NCBI GenBank assembly: GCA_020137815.1
Contig: CM035354.1
Span: forward strand, 6,448,001 to 6,512,000
DNA from: Hormiphora californensis
Taxonomy: Eukaryota; Animalia; Ctenophora
Direction: 5' to 3'
Length of the DNA: 64,000 bases
Shown: positions 30,467 to 46,792 of the stretch, piece after piece
Layout of the letters: the number at the start of each line of letters is the position of its first letter
Numbering within the stretch: position 1 is the first letter of the stretch
Translations under genes and position numbers: made by a program
The notes under the pieces: model-generated
The model's database searches: none
Seen by the model: only the letters and a program-made list of their open reading frames with translations
What the model was told of the DNA's origin: nothing

Positions 30467-32790
30467 TTATTCGGTAAATGAGGACTGCAAAATGGTATGG
30501 ACCGTCCTCCAGCTTCCCTCAAGGGTTGGTGCCGTGCTCAGTTGGACAAGTAGTGTCTCCCATAAGGCACAATCTGCCTGTTCTATTTCCCTTACACGAT
30601 CACCCTGAACGAGGGGTTAGTTAGTTGGGGGGGGGGGGGGCAAACAGGGAACCAATCAAATTGTAACTCGCTCGTAGTTCAACACTTTTTCTTTCCGTCT
30701 CTCTATCCATATCCATTATCTGCTATCTCTTCCCCCTTTTCTCACCTCGGCACTGGCTGACTTGTTGACATGGTAAAACGGTAGATTGCAAACCCAGGGG
30801 CACCAATAGTGATGTGATTTGATAACGTTTAGCCTACTTTTCCGGCCCGATCCCAAGTTAACTGTTGGCAGACTTGTCTTCATTAGATCAGCAATCATGT
30901 CTGGTGAGGAGAGAGGGGTTTTAGTTCAACTCATGATGATAGGTGGTAATGATAGGTGTCACGATTCACAATGTTATTTTCGTCAAAAACATACTTTCTG
31001 TTGCCTCCTGTTGTTTGCTTTTCCGTCGCTTTCTTCCCGGTGAGGGGGTCACTGAAGTTGACCTGTTTCCACTTTTGGACTCTCCTGAGGCTTTTGATTT
31101 CCGCTTACGCCGTGGTCTGGTAGGGAGGGTTACAACATGTTCAAATCATGGCAAGTCTGACACCAAAAAGGGATTTATTTGCAGTATCCACTTACGGTGT
31201 AGCATCAGTGGATGCGATAGATCGGGAACGGAGAACCCGGACAGAAGGCCGAGCTGGGAAATCATCGCTCTCCTCAGGTTGCTGTTCGGGTAATTCACAG
31301 GAATTCTCCTCCGAAGGAGTACTAGGACAGGTCTCAGTTGTAGGAGTCGAAGGAGGAGAGGAAAGAGCAGGTGTGACTGGTGTAGTAGGAGTTTTTGGGG
31401 CAAACAAACTCGAGCTAGCGATGGGTAGGAATATGTCAGGATTACCAAAGGCAACGGTTCCCTGCTGCAGAGGCTGGATTACTGTCTCTATTTTCTTCTC
31501 TTCTTTGTCTGCTACAGTCTCCTGTACCTCATTAGAGTGCTCCACTATTTTTAGTTCTTCTGGTTCTGCAGTGAAACACGCATCTTCCAAAAATATCGGC
31601 TGGTTCCTATCATCTGACCAACCTTCTAGCGTCTCGGGTAGCTCCTTCTCTCCTTGAACTTCAAAGAAATTCCAGAGACCCAATGTTCTCAAGCATAACT
31701 TGCAGGAAAGTGTCTTGAGGTCGGTACAGTTTGTCTTCCACCCTGTTAGAGCCAGTATAAGGGCCGTTACTGTGGTTACCGTGGGTACCTCCCCTCCTGG
31801 AGCTGACAGAACGGGAAGGAGAGGCCAGATTTTCTTGAGCGACATACCGGGTATCTCAATTACTGGTAACGTCTTGTGTTTACCTGTAGAAAGTGACGGG
31901 TGTTTAAAATAAGGAGATGAGAAAACTACTACATACATGATACATCTGATTAATTGTGAGACTCGTATCTAATGTGGCAACACATAAACTTGTATACCGG
32001 AGGAAAATAGAAGCTTGATAAGAAAGATTTCATAATTCCAATCTTACCAAACAGTGCGATAAGATCCTTGACAGAAGTTTCAAACTCGTTGATAGAAAGG
32101 GGCCCTCCCATAACAATTTCATCTGGTAAAGGTGTCCCGGCCCAGGGGCACACTGTTTTGTGACCAAGCTGAACCTGCTCACCGAATTCCTGACATACCT
32201 ATCAGAGAGGGAGGGTGACATATGAAGGGGTCAGATTGGAAACGAGATCTTCCCATATCTACTTTCCTACTGAATTGATCACAGAAACCTAACCAAATCT
32301 AATGCATGCAGCTCACCATGAGAAGCTGTAACATCATGTTATAGGTTCACATGTTACTAACATACCTTGTTGTACTGATCAGTCTGCCAAGGTTGGAAGG
32401 TGCAGACAAAGTTTAACCGGGTCTTGCAACTACCACACTGAATCAGCTCCTTCCCGACCAACTTCCAGCCCCACTTGGCGCATTGGAGGGGTGACAGGGG
32501 TAACGGCTTACTACACCAATCATAACTGCAGAAGGAAAGGAGGTAATAAAAATTGTGTTGCTCTCATTGCATTTTATTTCATACTTGTGAGGGTTTGGCA
32601 GATCAAATAAAAACTAAACACACTCTGACACTCAGGATAGGGGTTTGAATAAAAGTGTTTACCTGTTGTAGGATTCAAGTAGAGTCCTGTAGGCTGTATC
32701 TCGGGATCTGGGCCCAGCGGAGGGGCGGACCTTGGGTGAGACAAGGGGAGAGAATAGCGCTGATACCTGCTGAGGTGTCACGCAGGCCAT
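30467..32790 (-). CDS. ZC3HC1: ZC3HC1/NIPA (zf-C3HC / Rsm1-type) nuclear basket protein
   Basis: WCSKPLPLSPLQCAKWGW...IQCGSC, CPW, ALILALTGW...LSCKLCLRTLGLWNF, SHHYWCPW. Confidence 0.88.
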
Positions 32791-33083
32791 TCTGGGGATT
32801 AGAAATTAATCGAGTTATATATTAGAAATATATAATAATTCACAGTTGAGGTATATTACGAGTAAAACGAGGAAATTTGTTGATAAGAACTATGAATGTT
32901 GATCATATCATACAGGTGAAAGCATATAAACATTCCTAAATTATTAGCAAAATAAAGCCATGTACATCATATTGTAACATGTATATTACAGCCGCGGTAT
33001 TTCTCTCCTTTTTCCATCTTTTCACAGTCATTTCATATTTTGACAGATCACAAAATCTCCAGACCGATCTCTTGCAAATCCAC

Positions 33084-34072
33084 TTAGTCACTGGAGCTGC
33101 TACTGCTACTACTGCTTCCACTACCATGCCTGTGTCTGAACCCTCCATGCTTGTGCTTATTCTTCATCTTGTTCTTCTCTGGAGGATGACGATTGCATGA
33201 TTAGACTTACAAAATTTAGATGATAGAACACAAAGGGTTCTACTCCCCTTTTACTTTTCATTATTATGAACTTACTCATTTTGCCCTGCTTCATGTGTCC
33301 CCCATGTCCCCCACCATAACCCATGTATCCAGCTGGCATGCCAGGTCTGTAGTTGGGGGCCACCCTAGGTCCAGCTTGGTACGCCCCAGGAGGGGCCGCG
33401 TATCCCGGGGCACCATACCCCGCGGCTTGAGGGTAACCGGGTGCTACAGGGGCACGGTATGCTCCAGGTGCTGGCTGATTGGGTACTGTTGGTCCTGCTC
33501 TGGCGTAGGGGTTTGCAGCTGAAAGAGGTTGTAGATAGGTTAAACCTAATGCATTGGGCCAGGATTGGGAAATTTATCAACAATAAGAGACATTCTGGTC
33601 TATTATTAACTAACTAACTATTATTTTGCTGCCTAAACGACATCACAGGATAACTTACCGCCTGCGGGTGCTGCTGGATAGCCGGGTGCTGCTGCTGGAT
33701 ACCCAGGCTGTGCTGGATAACCAGGCTGGCCAGGAGGATATCCCGGCTGGCCAGGGGGATATCCAGGTTGGCCAGGGGGATATCCCGGCTGTGCAGGATA
33801 CCCTGGTTGTGGTGGGTAACCGGGTTGTTGCGGAGGGTAGCCGGGTTGCTGCGGTGGATATCCAGGCTGGGCAGGATAGGCTCCACCAGGAGGTCGGGGC
33901 GGATATCCAGCTTGAGGTGGATACTGTCCAGCTGGCGGATATCCAGCCTGAGGTGGATAGGCACCACCCGGTGGTGGAGCTCCAGGATAACCGGGAGGAT
34001 ATCCAGGTGGCTGAGGAAAAGTTATAAATTATTTTGAGTTACTTGAATGACCGAAATGCTCACTTGTGACAT
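33084..34072 (-). CDS. Pro/Gly/Tyr-rich protein with Lys/His-rich and poly-Ser tail (PRR13-like)
   Basis: MSQ|[14 protein letters not shown]..., repeated GYPPQ/GYPPGQ units; last exon ...[29 protein letters not shown]; four exons with GT-AG. Confidence 0.75.
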
Positions 34073-34728
34073 CAAAAGTTTAGTTGTAAGGTCTCTTGAA
34101 GGGTCTTAAAAGTTGAAAAGTACAAAAGAAAAGCCAAAAATGTCAGGTTTTTTTGAAAAATTTTCGGAACGCGAACGGACTTGTGAATTTTGGTTTCAAT
34201 TCCATCTGCGCGCCGCATTTGTTGAGCGAAAATGCGCGGCTTTTATTTGCGCGTTCAGTTTTCCAGACATAAACTCACGTGCGCGTTGCGTATGATGTGG
34301 CTTGCAAGATGGTGTGCTTTCAATTGATAGGAGCGCGGTTGCTGCTAGTTTTTAGCAAAACATGCTCCCTTGTCCCATGCCAATGCAAACAACTCGATGA
34401 ATTGATCCCGATACCGTTCCATTGACCCTCAAGACACATGACACACGGATATGTTACTGTAACAAGAAGAGCTTAATTTACAAATGGATCTCTCTCGTGC
34501 AGCAAATATGTTTATCTTGAAAGACAGTCCAACATTTCACTCTCTCTCTCTCTCTCTCATAAACCATTTGCATTCGACTACAAAACTAAATAGATCAGAG
34601 GCTGTGCATGCACCAAAAGAAAATTAATCATTTTAACAGTAAAATATCATTTATATGTGTACCTCATCATGTCGAAAAGATACCCCGAAAAAACGATAAC
34701 CCTGCAATATATATATTTCACAAACACA

Positions 34729-37580
<2,852 letters not shown>

Positions 37581-38947
37581 TATCCTCAACGATCCTCTAC
37601 ATTTTCATCTGTCTATCAAAATGTTAATATGGTGATAACAAGCGGTTTTGTATTGATTTTATCTCTTTTAATTTCAGAGATGGCGCTTTTCATGTTGAGA
37701 CTTGGGGTTACCAAGCTTTCAAATCCTGCCTCTTTTTGAAGAATTAAAAACACAAGGATTCCTTTAATTCTCACAGCATGGTGTCTCCTGGAGGCTAGTG
37801 CCTAAACAATAACTCAATAGCGAACTGTAGAAAAGGCATCCAGGAGACAGAAGGCTCACAGAAGGCTCACAGCCGGGTCTACAGGTGACCCACAGTACAT
37901 CATGAAACGGTAGAACCCAAAACTGAACCATAGCAGGACCTTCTTGCGAGTACTGCATGGGGTGTCCCTGCTCTGCATGGGTGATGGGTACCTCACGACT
38001 CACGTGGCTCATGGCTGTCGGGACTCGGGCCGACAGTGTCGGCCCATGAGTGACACCGGGAGGCCTTTCAAGTTGTTTACGGATAGCGTTTGGCCAACGC
38101 TTCGGTTTTTCGTATCAGTGACCATCAAAAACAAGCACACTGGGCCCTGGGGGCGTGAGACGTGAGTCCTGCCGTGTGAGTCCTTTAGCTTTGAAAGTTT
38201 GGACTTTTTCGCGTTCGTGCCGGCGATTTTGGACGAATTAAATCGTTCAATATTTTAATGCGCGGCACTCAAACGCAGAGTAAAAACATATAAATCTGCG
38301 CGTAACATATAATATTTTTCGGGTGCGGCCGCGGGTCCCGCGCGATCGATCGCGATCGGACCCAAATAAAAATTTTCGGCACTTTTTTCATTTTGGCTGC
38401 AAGGGTCAAGGCGTCGTTTTGATCTTATTTTAAAGCCCCCTATCTCCGGTTTCTGATAAGATGGATACTTTAAATTTTGAATTTAGGAAGAACTTGGCAT
38501 GATCTTCCTAACTCCAGAATTTCAAGTCTCTATCATATCAGGAACCGGAGAAATGGGCGTTTGAAATCAGGTCAAAAAGACCCCCTGTCCCTTAGTTAAA
38601 AAGTCGACTTTATGGGCCGATCCAACGCCTTATGCAATGGTAAGTAGTACCACCTGTACACCTGAAATCAACTCTTGAATGCACAGAATTACAGAAAATC
38701 CATCCTGCAGACAGCCAGACCCCAAAGTCATTTACATGCTGCTCATGCTCTGTCTCCACCACGGTTCCTTCCCATAATTAACCATGATAAATAGTAGGAG
38801 CGCTTAGACCGATTCGGGCTAGGCTTCTATACCAATATAGTACCACGGTCCACGTACCAAGTTACACTCGGGCAGTGTAAACCTATGAAAACCATATAAA
38901 TCTATGATAAGCCGACTGATCTAATAGCGCTCCTACTAAAAGTTCAA

Positions 38948-39092
38948 GAGCGCACCACATCCAAGAGTGTGTCCCATCCAGAAGAGACCACTCCAAGAGA
39001 GCTCGGTCCCCATTCAAAAGATACCGCTCTTGGAGTGGTCTCTTCTGGATGTGGTGCACTCTTGGATGTGGACTCTTCTGGATGGGGTGCGC
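38948..39092. repeat. Small fold-back element; a second short TIR element lies at ~38792-38938
   Basis: CATCCAGAAGAGACCACTCCAAGAG inverted at ~39028-39052; TAGTAGGAGCGCT ... AGCGCTCCTACTA. Confidence 0.6.
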
Positions 39093-39101
39093 TGATGGGG
39101 T

Positions 39102-40431
39102 GTCTGACAGTGTATAAGGTCCAAATGAGGCATGGAGCTTTTCTGAATCAGCTTTTCAAGACGAATCCAACGCAACCTGTCAGAGCATTGGCCTGACCCA
39201 TTCTCGTTTCTCTCAAATTTGGAGCCCGCGAGAACTGTGGTCAGAGCATTGGCCTGACAGAACGCAACCGGAATTAACTTTCTATCTTATCGGGAAGGTT
39301 CGGTTCACACACACTCATTTTTAGTCATTTTTGCCGTGCGATCCAATCAATTTCGAAATCCAGCCCTCTGATTGGCTCACACGGCTAAAAATGAAAAAAG
39401 TGAACCACAACTTCCCGATAAGATAGAAAGCTAATTCTGGTTGCGTTGGATTCGTCTTGAAAAGCTGATTCAGAAAAACGCCTCATTTGGACCTTATACA
39501 CCGTCAGACAGTGGCGTAGCCAGGGTTTTGAGCATGGTAGTGCATTAAGAATTTGAAGTAGTGCACCTTTAATGAAGGAAAATTTTACCGATTTTTGTCG
39601 ATTTTTGACAATCTGAGAGCAATTTGAAACAATATAAAGGAGGCACCTGGAGTCCCCCACGAGCAGGGACCAGGGTCCAGGGATTGCAAGCCCTGGTGGG
39701 GTCGTGGGGCGAAGCCCCCGGAAATTTTTCCTTCTTTCTGTCAATTTTGACAATCTGAGAGCAATTTGAAAACAATAATTCAAGCCATATGTCGGGTATA
39801 AAGCCCCCACCAGCAGGGTCCAAGGACTGCAAGCGCCAAGCCCTGTGGTGGGAGCGTGGGGCGAAGCCCCCAGAATTTTTTCCCGATTTTTGCCAATTTT
39901 GACAATCTGAGAGCACTTTGAAAACAATAATTCAAACATTATGAAGGAGGCAAAGCAGGATCCAGGGACTGTAAGTCCTGGTGGGAGCATGGGGCGAAGG
40001 CCCCCGGAAATTTTTTCCCGATTTTTGTCAATTTTGACAATCTGAGAACAATTTGAACACAATTACGCAAACCAAGAAGGGTAATACACCATGGATAGCA
40101 CAATCCTAGCAAGTGGGTGTTGTGCTGTTATCCCATCGAGGTATGGAACGCATGGTACTGGCGATTGCTCTCTATAAACTTGTCACCTGAACCCCTCTCT
40201 TTTTCTCGTTCTTTGTGCTTTATCTCTATTTGTTTGGGATTCAGTGTCGTACATTACATCTCAAACGCTAATTTCAAGTTTATATCCTACCGAACTCCGA
40301 AGTAGTGCAATTTCGATAAAAATTTAGGCGTGGTAGTGCACATCAGGAAAATTTGAGGTAGTGCAGTTGGGAGCGCTCAGGTAGTGCAATGCACGTTTGC
40401 ACATACCCTGGCTACGCCACTGCCGTCAGAC
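39102..40431. mobile_element. TIR element whose right end is interrupted by a hAT MITE
   Basis: GTCTGACAGTGTATAAGGTCCAAATGAGGC ... GCCTCATTTGGACCTTATACACCGTCAGA[insert]C. Confidence 0.75.
39509..40422. mobile_element. hAT-type non-autonomous element with internal ~120-150 bp tandem repeats
   Basis: 8-bp TSD CCGTCAGA; TIR CAGTGGCGTAGCCAGGGT; four repeats of TTTTGACAATCTGAGA... Confidence 0.9.
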
Positions 40432-41003
40432 GCTATAACACATAGATATTGCGATACACCGATCAAATTATAGTTTGTACTGTTACATTATAGCACAGTG
40501 GTGTCATAGCATATTGCCATCGGTGGTAATGGTATGTTATTTATTTAGTCAGTAGCCAGGGATTTCTAAGAAAGTAAATTTCCTAGCCAGTTTCCTAGAA
40601 ACAAGGTTTTTGCAACAATAATAATGCCACACAATGTCGATATATATGATTGGTTTTGGTCATTAGCTTTAATTCTTCACAATTGGCGGTAGGCCGGTAG
40701 GCCTCAAAAATTGCGATGTTATCTTTCGTTAGTTCAATGAGCAAATGTTATTTTTGGTACGAGACTCAAACTTCTAATTCTTGTCTTTTCTTTAATCTTT
40801 GGTATTTTTGTCTGACTGTGGTCCAGAAACCCCTTGCTCAACGAAGCTTTTCTTAATCAGATTTTGCAGACAAAACCAACGCAACCTAATTTTGTTCGTA
40901 GATGATGGCGTGACAACACAATCAAGCAGTAAAATTCAGGAAACGGGCTTTGTCTTGGCCTTTGATATATTCCCGACTTTGATATTCCCGACTGGTATTG
41001 ATA

Positions 41004-42574
41004 CAGTCGGACCCCGATTTAACGGCACCCTCGGGGGAAAGGGTTTTGTCCGTTAAATCGGGGTGTCCGTTAAATCGGGGTGGAGCATATTTGGCCCATA
41101 CAACCCTATTTTTGTCCAAAATGCTATACTAAAACACCTCTAAGTGTTAAATGCAATGTCCATGTATTGATTACATGATCATTTCTGATTAGAAAAAGAA
41201 AATAATTTTTTTTAAATTCAAAAAAAGTTTCCAAGGTACTATCAACCACGTCCGAATCGTTTATCGAATCGTCTTTCGAATCGGTGCATCTTATCGCATG
41301 TCTTGCTGCTAATTAGACGGTTCGAAACGAACCGACACGTGATACCATGCCGAATCGGGGCACTTTAAGCGGGGTGAGGACGAATTCGAATTTCAAAATA
41401 CCTTTTTCTCTGAAAATTCATGGGGAGCACCGATCAAAGCATTGACAATCATTCTGTAAAATTTTTCAAAAAAAGTTATGAAAATTTTTCAAAGGTATAT
41501 CAACCACGTCCGAATCGTGTTTCGAATCAGTGCATATTATCGCACGTCCTGTCGCTAATTAGACGGTTCGAAGCGAAACGATACGTGATCCCCATGAGGC
41601 CAGTTTAACAAGCGTCAAAATTGCGATTCGATGGGTCTCATGGGGATCACATATCTATTCGTTTCGAACCGTCTAATTACCGGCAAGACATGCAATAAGA
41701 TGCACCGATTCGAAAGACGATTCGGACTTGGTATCGAAGACACCTCACACTCTGTTTAGAGGTATCAGAAGGGCTTGCCCTATTTTTATAGCGCGCCCAA
41801 AACGTTATACTGAGCACTGAAAAGTTGTAGTCTACACTACATAGTTCTAGCTAAGGGGTTTGAGCCGCGCACAGGGCCACACCGAGACCAAATCTCGTTA
41901 CTTTCCTGATTTCTTTGACACAAACAAGTATTGCAGAGCGGCCAATAGAGCTGGCGGTTTCAAACTTCGTCCGTATTCGGAGGGATAGATTAGCAGTTCA
42001 GTGTTTCAAACCAGGTTTAATTTGGCAAAGTAGAAGCTGAGTTACAACATGTTTTGTACAAATGGTTCAACTTCAAGACCTTTTTAATTTTGATGGCCAG
42101 ACCTTTCAAGATAGAAACTTCAAACTTTGCCACGATCTTTGATATGATGTTAAGCATACCTGACCTACTTTTTCAAACATTTTTTTCATCATTAACACCT
42201 AAAACTGATTTCAAAACCAAGGTTCCGGGGATAATTTTTTAAATATGAGTACAGAATTATAATTTTCAGACAATTTGGTGGGGAATACCAAAATTTGGTG
42301 CATTTTCATTGAGTGGTTGAGGAGCTATTAATTTTTGAAGTGAATCAAAGCGGGTTTGTTACCCCTACTCAGGCCGCTTCGCGGCCTTCGTTTGGCGTGC
42401 TTCGCACGCCGCGCCGGCAAGGGAGGGGTAACTTCGTTACCAAGATTCGGACGTGGTTGAAACACCTTTGAAAAATTTTTCAAAAAAAACTTCAAAATTT
42501 TTTTGGGGGAAATTTATCCTGCCGTTAAATCGGGGTGCCGCTAAATCGGGGGCCGTTAAATCGGGGTCCGACTG
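41004..42574. mobile_element. Tc1/pogo-type MITE carrying a nested insertion
   Basis: TA|CAGTCGGACCCCGATTTAACGGC ... GCCGTTAAATCGGGGTCCGACTG|TA. Confidence 0.9.
41728..42443. mobile_element. Unclassified TIR element (TTGGT...ACCAA) with 9-bp TSD
   Basis: GATTCGGAC|TTGGTATCGAAGACACC ... GGTAACTTCGTTACCAA|GATTCGGAC. Confidence 0.8.
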
Positions 42575-42929
42575 TATGTATCTTTTTGTACGTGGGATAT
42601 TGAGACTTGAATCAATCAGGCGATATTTTCTGAGGGACCCGCAGCAAATGTTTCTATGTCTGCTTTTAATTTGATTCATGGTCATAGGTCACATACCATC
42701 TTGAAGCCATTCCCGTACTGATTATTCTTGTCCGACTTTGTGCTATTTGATTGTCAGACAGCCTAGCTGTTAGGCCAATGCTCTGATAGCGGGTCCTGGG
42801 TCTGGATTCAGTTGGACTTATATGATCCAATCGGATGTCTTTGTTTCAACCTATGAGTACCAGTACAGATCTGAACGCTGGCAAAACGGTAAATGTAAGT
42901 GTTATAGTCGGAGAAGTGTTTCAGCCAGT

Positions 42930-43330
42930 TTATGGTTACCCAATGTAATGAACTGTCCTAATAAAATTAACTTTTGTTACGAATAATTCTGTACCTGATT
43001 TAGGATAATAAGCGTACGGCAATATGTCTTAATCACATGATACCATGGACTTCTGCATGCATATATTATGTTAGTTTCTCAGAATCCCTAAATTCAAGGT
43101 GACCTATCCCACTCTCTCTGCTGACGCCACTGTAGATCGAATAATGAATATATAGCCCTGGGATAGGTCACCTTGGATTTAGGGATTCTGAGAAACTAAC
43201 ATAATATGCAGAAGTCCCTGGTATCATGTGATTAAGACATATTGCCTTAGGTTTATTATCCTAAATCAGGTACAGAATTATAAAAAAAAGTTTGTTTCAA
43301 TAGTGCGTTGTGTTAAGTTGGGTACCCAGG
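42930..43330. repeat. Fold-back (inverted repeat) element
   Basis: Arms ~42983-43111 and ~43159-43281 are near reverse complements. Confidence 0.8.
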
Positions 43331-43815
43331 TACATGGTATCCCAGTCTCCCATTCGTCTCTTCGCGGACTGCATTTGATCGAATAATGAATACAAAGCCT
43401 GTAAATGACGCTTTCCAAGAAACGACCGTCGAGCTATTTCTAAGAAATGAACACATAGCTATAGTAGTTCCTCCCCAAGCATGGCGTGGGCAGTTCCTCT
43501 ACCATTCTAAGAATTACTATATAGCTCTTCTCAGTAGTTGTTTTTCCTCCCCTGGACTCTGCAGCTCTCTGAATCTCGCTCCATGTCATTTCCAGTTTGA
43601 GAGGCCGCTGTTTTGTTGTTTGTAAAAACTGTCTATCACGATGTTTTCTTTGAGATAACTTTGAGATAACTTCCTTCTTCCGGTATAACTGCTGCTCTAC
43701 TCCATTCACATAGTAGCACTAAAATGAGCTACTCAAACGACAGTTTTGTCCAATCATGAAAAGTTTTTCAATTACTTATTAGTTTCTGACCATTGTTCCG
43801 ATCATTTCTAGCAAT

Positions 43816-46287
43816 ATGTCGTTACGTTACGGGTTCCTAATGGTCCTGATGATCAGTGCTGGATACAGCCTTATCCACATTTCAACATTTCTACTCCACA
43901 ACCTGAATTCTATAAACCTGTTGGACTCTCCACACAAGGTATGGTAATATTCATTTGATATTAATTAGCCGTGATGCCATATTTGCTGGGGGTAATGTTT
44001 CCTTCCCCTTATTTTCTTTTGTTAACCAATTGGTAAAGTTTATTAACCTAACTAACACATCACTCATTTTAGAAAAATCGGTATGATTTGTCTGGGTCTG
44101 AAACCTTTAAAAAGGAATCATACATCATTTCCTTCATTATTCAGATTGGTAAGTTTTAAAAACATGAGTCGTTCCTTACTTAGTGTCTTACTAGTATTTT
44201 CTTTGTGATGGTTAATTTTAAATGGCTGTTGAAAATGATACAGTATTCACATAAAACACCAACTAATACCTACCCTATCTCAGTTATTGCCCCCGTTGTG
44301 CCCATGATGTGGCGGATAATACCCAAGTTGGCTGTCCTTATTGTCGGGGTCTTCCTTTCTGGGCTGTGGTTCCTACCCCTGGCATGTGACGTGGAACTTG
44401 CTGGTGCCATCGTTTGTGGTAAGTGAACAATAGTCATGCCAGGGGTGTTGGTCACTTCCGTAACGGCTAACAACCATAATCTCATCTAAATCTAATGGGT
44501 GAAAGGGCTGGGAAACAATACTACTTAGCAATCAGTGCATACTTTTGAATGCATTCTGAATGAATGCTGTCACACTTCTGTAGCGTTATGACAATATATG
44601 ACACAATGTCATTTGTCTTGTTATTCTTACTGCAGACTATCATGTTTATTTGGGCAGTATGCAAATAAAGGCAAATATTAATATGACTAATGGATAAACA
44701 ATTTTACAAAACTGCCTGAATGACACCATTTAATTGCACCAATAATCAATATACCTAACCCTCCCTCCCTCCCTCTCTAGCAATAGCCGTTGGAGTCGGA
44801 CAGTGTATGGTTCTCCTTCCTGTCCTATCCCAGGTGACAGATTGCGTCCCCCAGAAATACACCATATCCGCCCTGTCAGTCTTCACCGCGGTACTAGGAC
44901 TCAGTTACATTGGTAACGGTGCTTTGGACATGCTTTACCCAACTAAATCAGTAAGTAACAATCACAATTGATAATAGTTAACTATACTCAGCATGGCGTA
45001 GTTCGTTGATTTAGTTCGTTGATTTATGGGGTGCTTCTTATAAATGAAGACCATTACCTCTATACAAAACCATGTTGATGCAAATTATTTTAGATTATTC
45101 ATAATTCAGGGCTGGGGCTTCTCTATTCTGTACGCAACTTTTCCTCCAGTACCCCCTCTCAGGCCCTAGACCACGGGTTGCTTGCCTGTACGTTACTTTT
45201 CCTCCAGCTCTGTTTTCTTTGAATCGCCTCCCTGCTAACTAGATTATATAGTCTTTCTAGGAAACCTGTGATCCTATATGAGCTCCTTGACAAAATATCT
45301 TCCCCTTACAGAAAGATTCCACTGTAACTATCTCGTACTATCTAAGGAATAGCGTCCTTTTTCTCGGTATCCGCCGGGGTATCTCTGGCCCTTTTCCATG
45401 TATTATGATACGAATATTCTCCACTAACTCCGTTATATTTTCAGTCATCCTGGGACGAGTCAACGCCATACAACCGAATCCTGTACGTGTGTTACACAGT
45501 TGGTGGAATTCTCCTTCTGGTTTACTGTTTCCGGAAGAAGAAGCACACTGACAGCAGTACGGTGGAAGAGGAGGAGGGTCTCCTTGGATCCCCAACCAAA
45601 TGTTCCTTTGTCCTCAATGTTAAGGGTCACGTGTCCCTCCTGGCTATCATCATCTACTTTGGGTTCGTGACGTCACTCATCTGCCAGATATTCTCCTCCT
45701 GTCTTGAGGGACAAACCGACTACCGACCAGAGTCATTCACCTGCTATGGGTTATCATTCATCACGGCTGCCATGTTCACTGCCTACATGAACAAGACGAC
45801 GATCAGTAATTCTGTCATTGCTGCCATCATGCTAATATTTGGGTTCATTATAAACGGAGTTCTCTTCCCCGTGGGATGTGGGGTGAACCCAGGTTGGAGC
45901 ACTCAGAACAATTGGGCCATGGTGCCCATATCAGGCATCTTCCTGGGATCAGGTGCAGGTCTCCTAACCTGTGAGACCTTCACCTTAGTGGCACGAGCCT
46001 GGGTGGGTTCAGAGTTCCGGTACGTTCCAATAATCATCTCTCAAAGCTCATGGACAATTCTGATCGGACTATGCCCCGCTGCTACATCCTACCACAATTT
46101 CTTCATCCTGACCTCAGTGTTGACGGTCCTGTATACCCTTTTTGCTATCTACCTCCACACAACCTCACAACCAATCGATAGGGCCAGCAAGTATGCGTAC
46201 GTGCCCGTGTTGCCTTCCTACACACAGGCCACTTATAGAAGAGACAGTAGTTACCTGCAATCTACTGTTACTGAATACTACCAATGA
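43816..46287 (+). CDS. Multi-pass membrane protein, MFS-like, gene 1
   Basis: ATG 43816 after TTTCTAG. Hydrophobic exons at ~44284-44418, 44781-44950 and 45444-46287. Many TM segments with a central charged loop. Confidence 0.65.
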
Positions 46288-46792
46288 GGGGTTCCCTTGT
46301 TTACTTTTTGAAACTGTTCAGATGTATAAATTATAAGATTTTGACTTGATCTAATTCCAGCTAGATGAGACCCTCCCCCTAGCTGATAGTTATATGAAAA
46401 ATCGACTTTATAGCCAAGTACATGGACTAATTATTGTTAGACCATTTTAAGCAGTCATCTAATCATATATTAGACAGGCTGCGTATTTATTTTGAAGTGT
46501 CACGTGACTGACATGATATGACGAGGGTGAAATAGTTTCACCCGCGTTACCAGATTAGGCAGCTATAATAATATACATAATCATGTATTTTATTATAGTT
46601 GTATCATGCATGATGTATAATGATATGTATCTGTAAACTGAAGTTTTAACGAGTTATGTAACATTTTATGCTTTGAATGTATTTTTGAGACATTGCGTTT
46701 ATCTCGACTAAATCTGACTCTGAGTCGCAGCATGCTATCTGGAAAGTAGCGAGAGAGATTCTAGTTTTAACCCCACCCCTTCTATTGTAGCT

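Noticed and set aside
39385-40062. 225-aa repetitive ORF; CRISPR-like appearance
   Set aside because: Tandem repeats inside a hAT MITE; no unique spacers or cas genes; eukaryotic context.
43440-43709. TWSEIQRAAESR resembles an RTE LINE C-terminus
   Set aside because: Too short, with no other motifs, tail or TSD.
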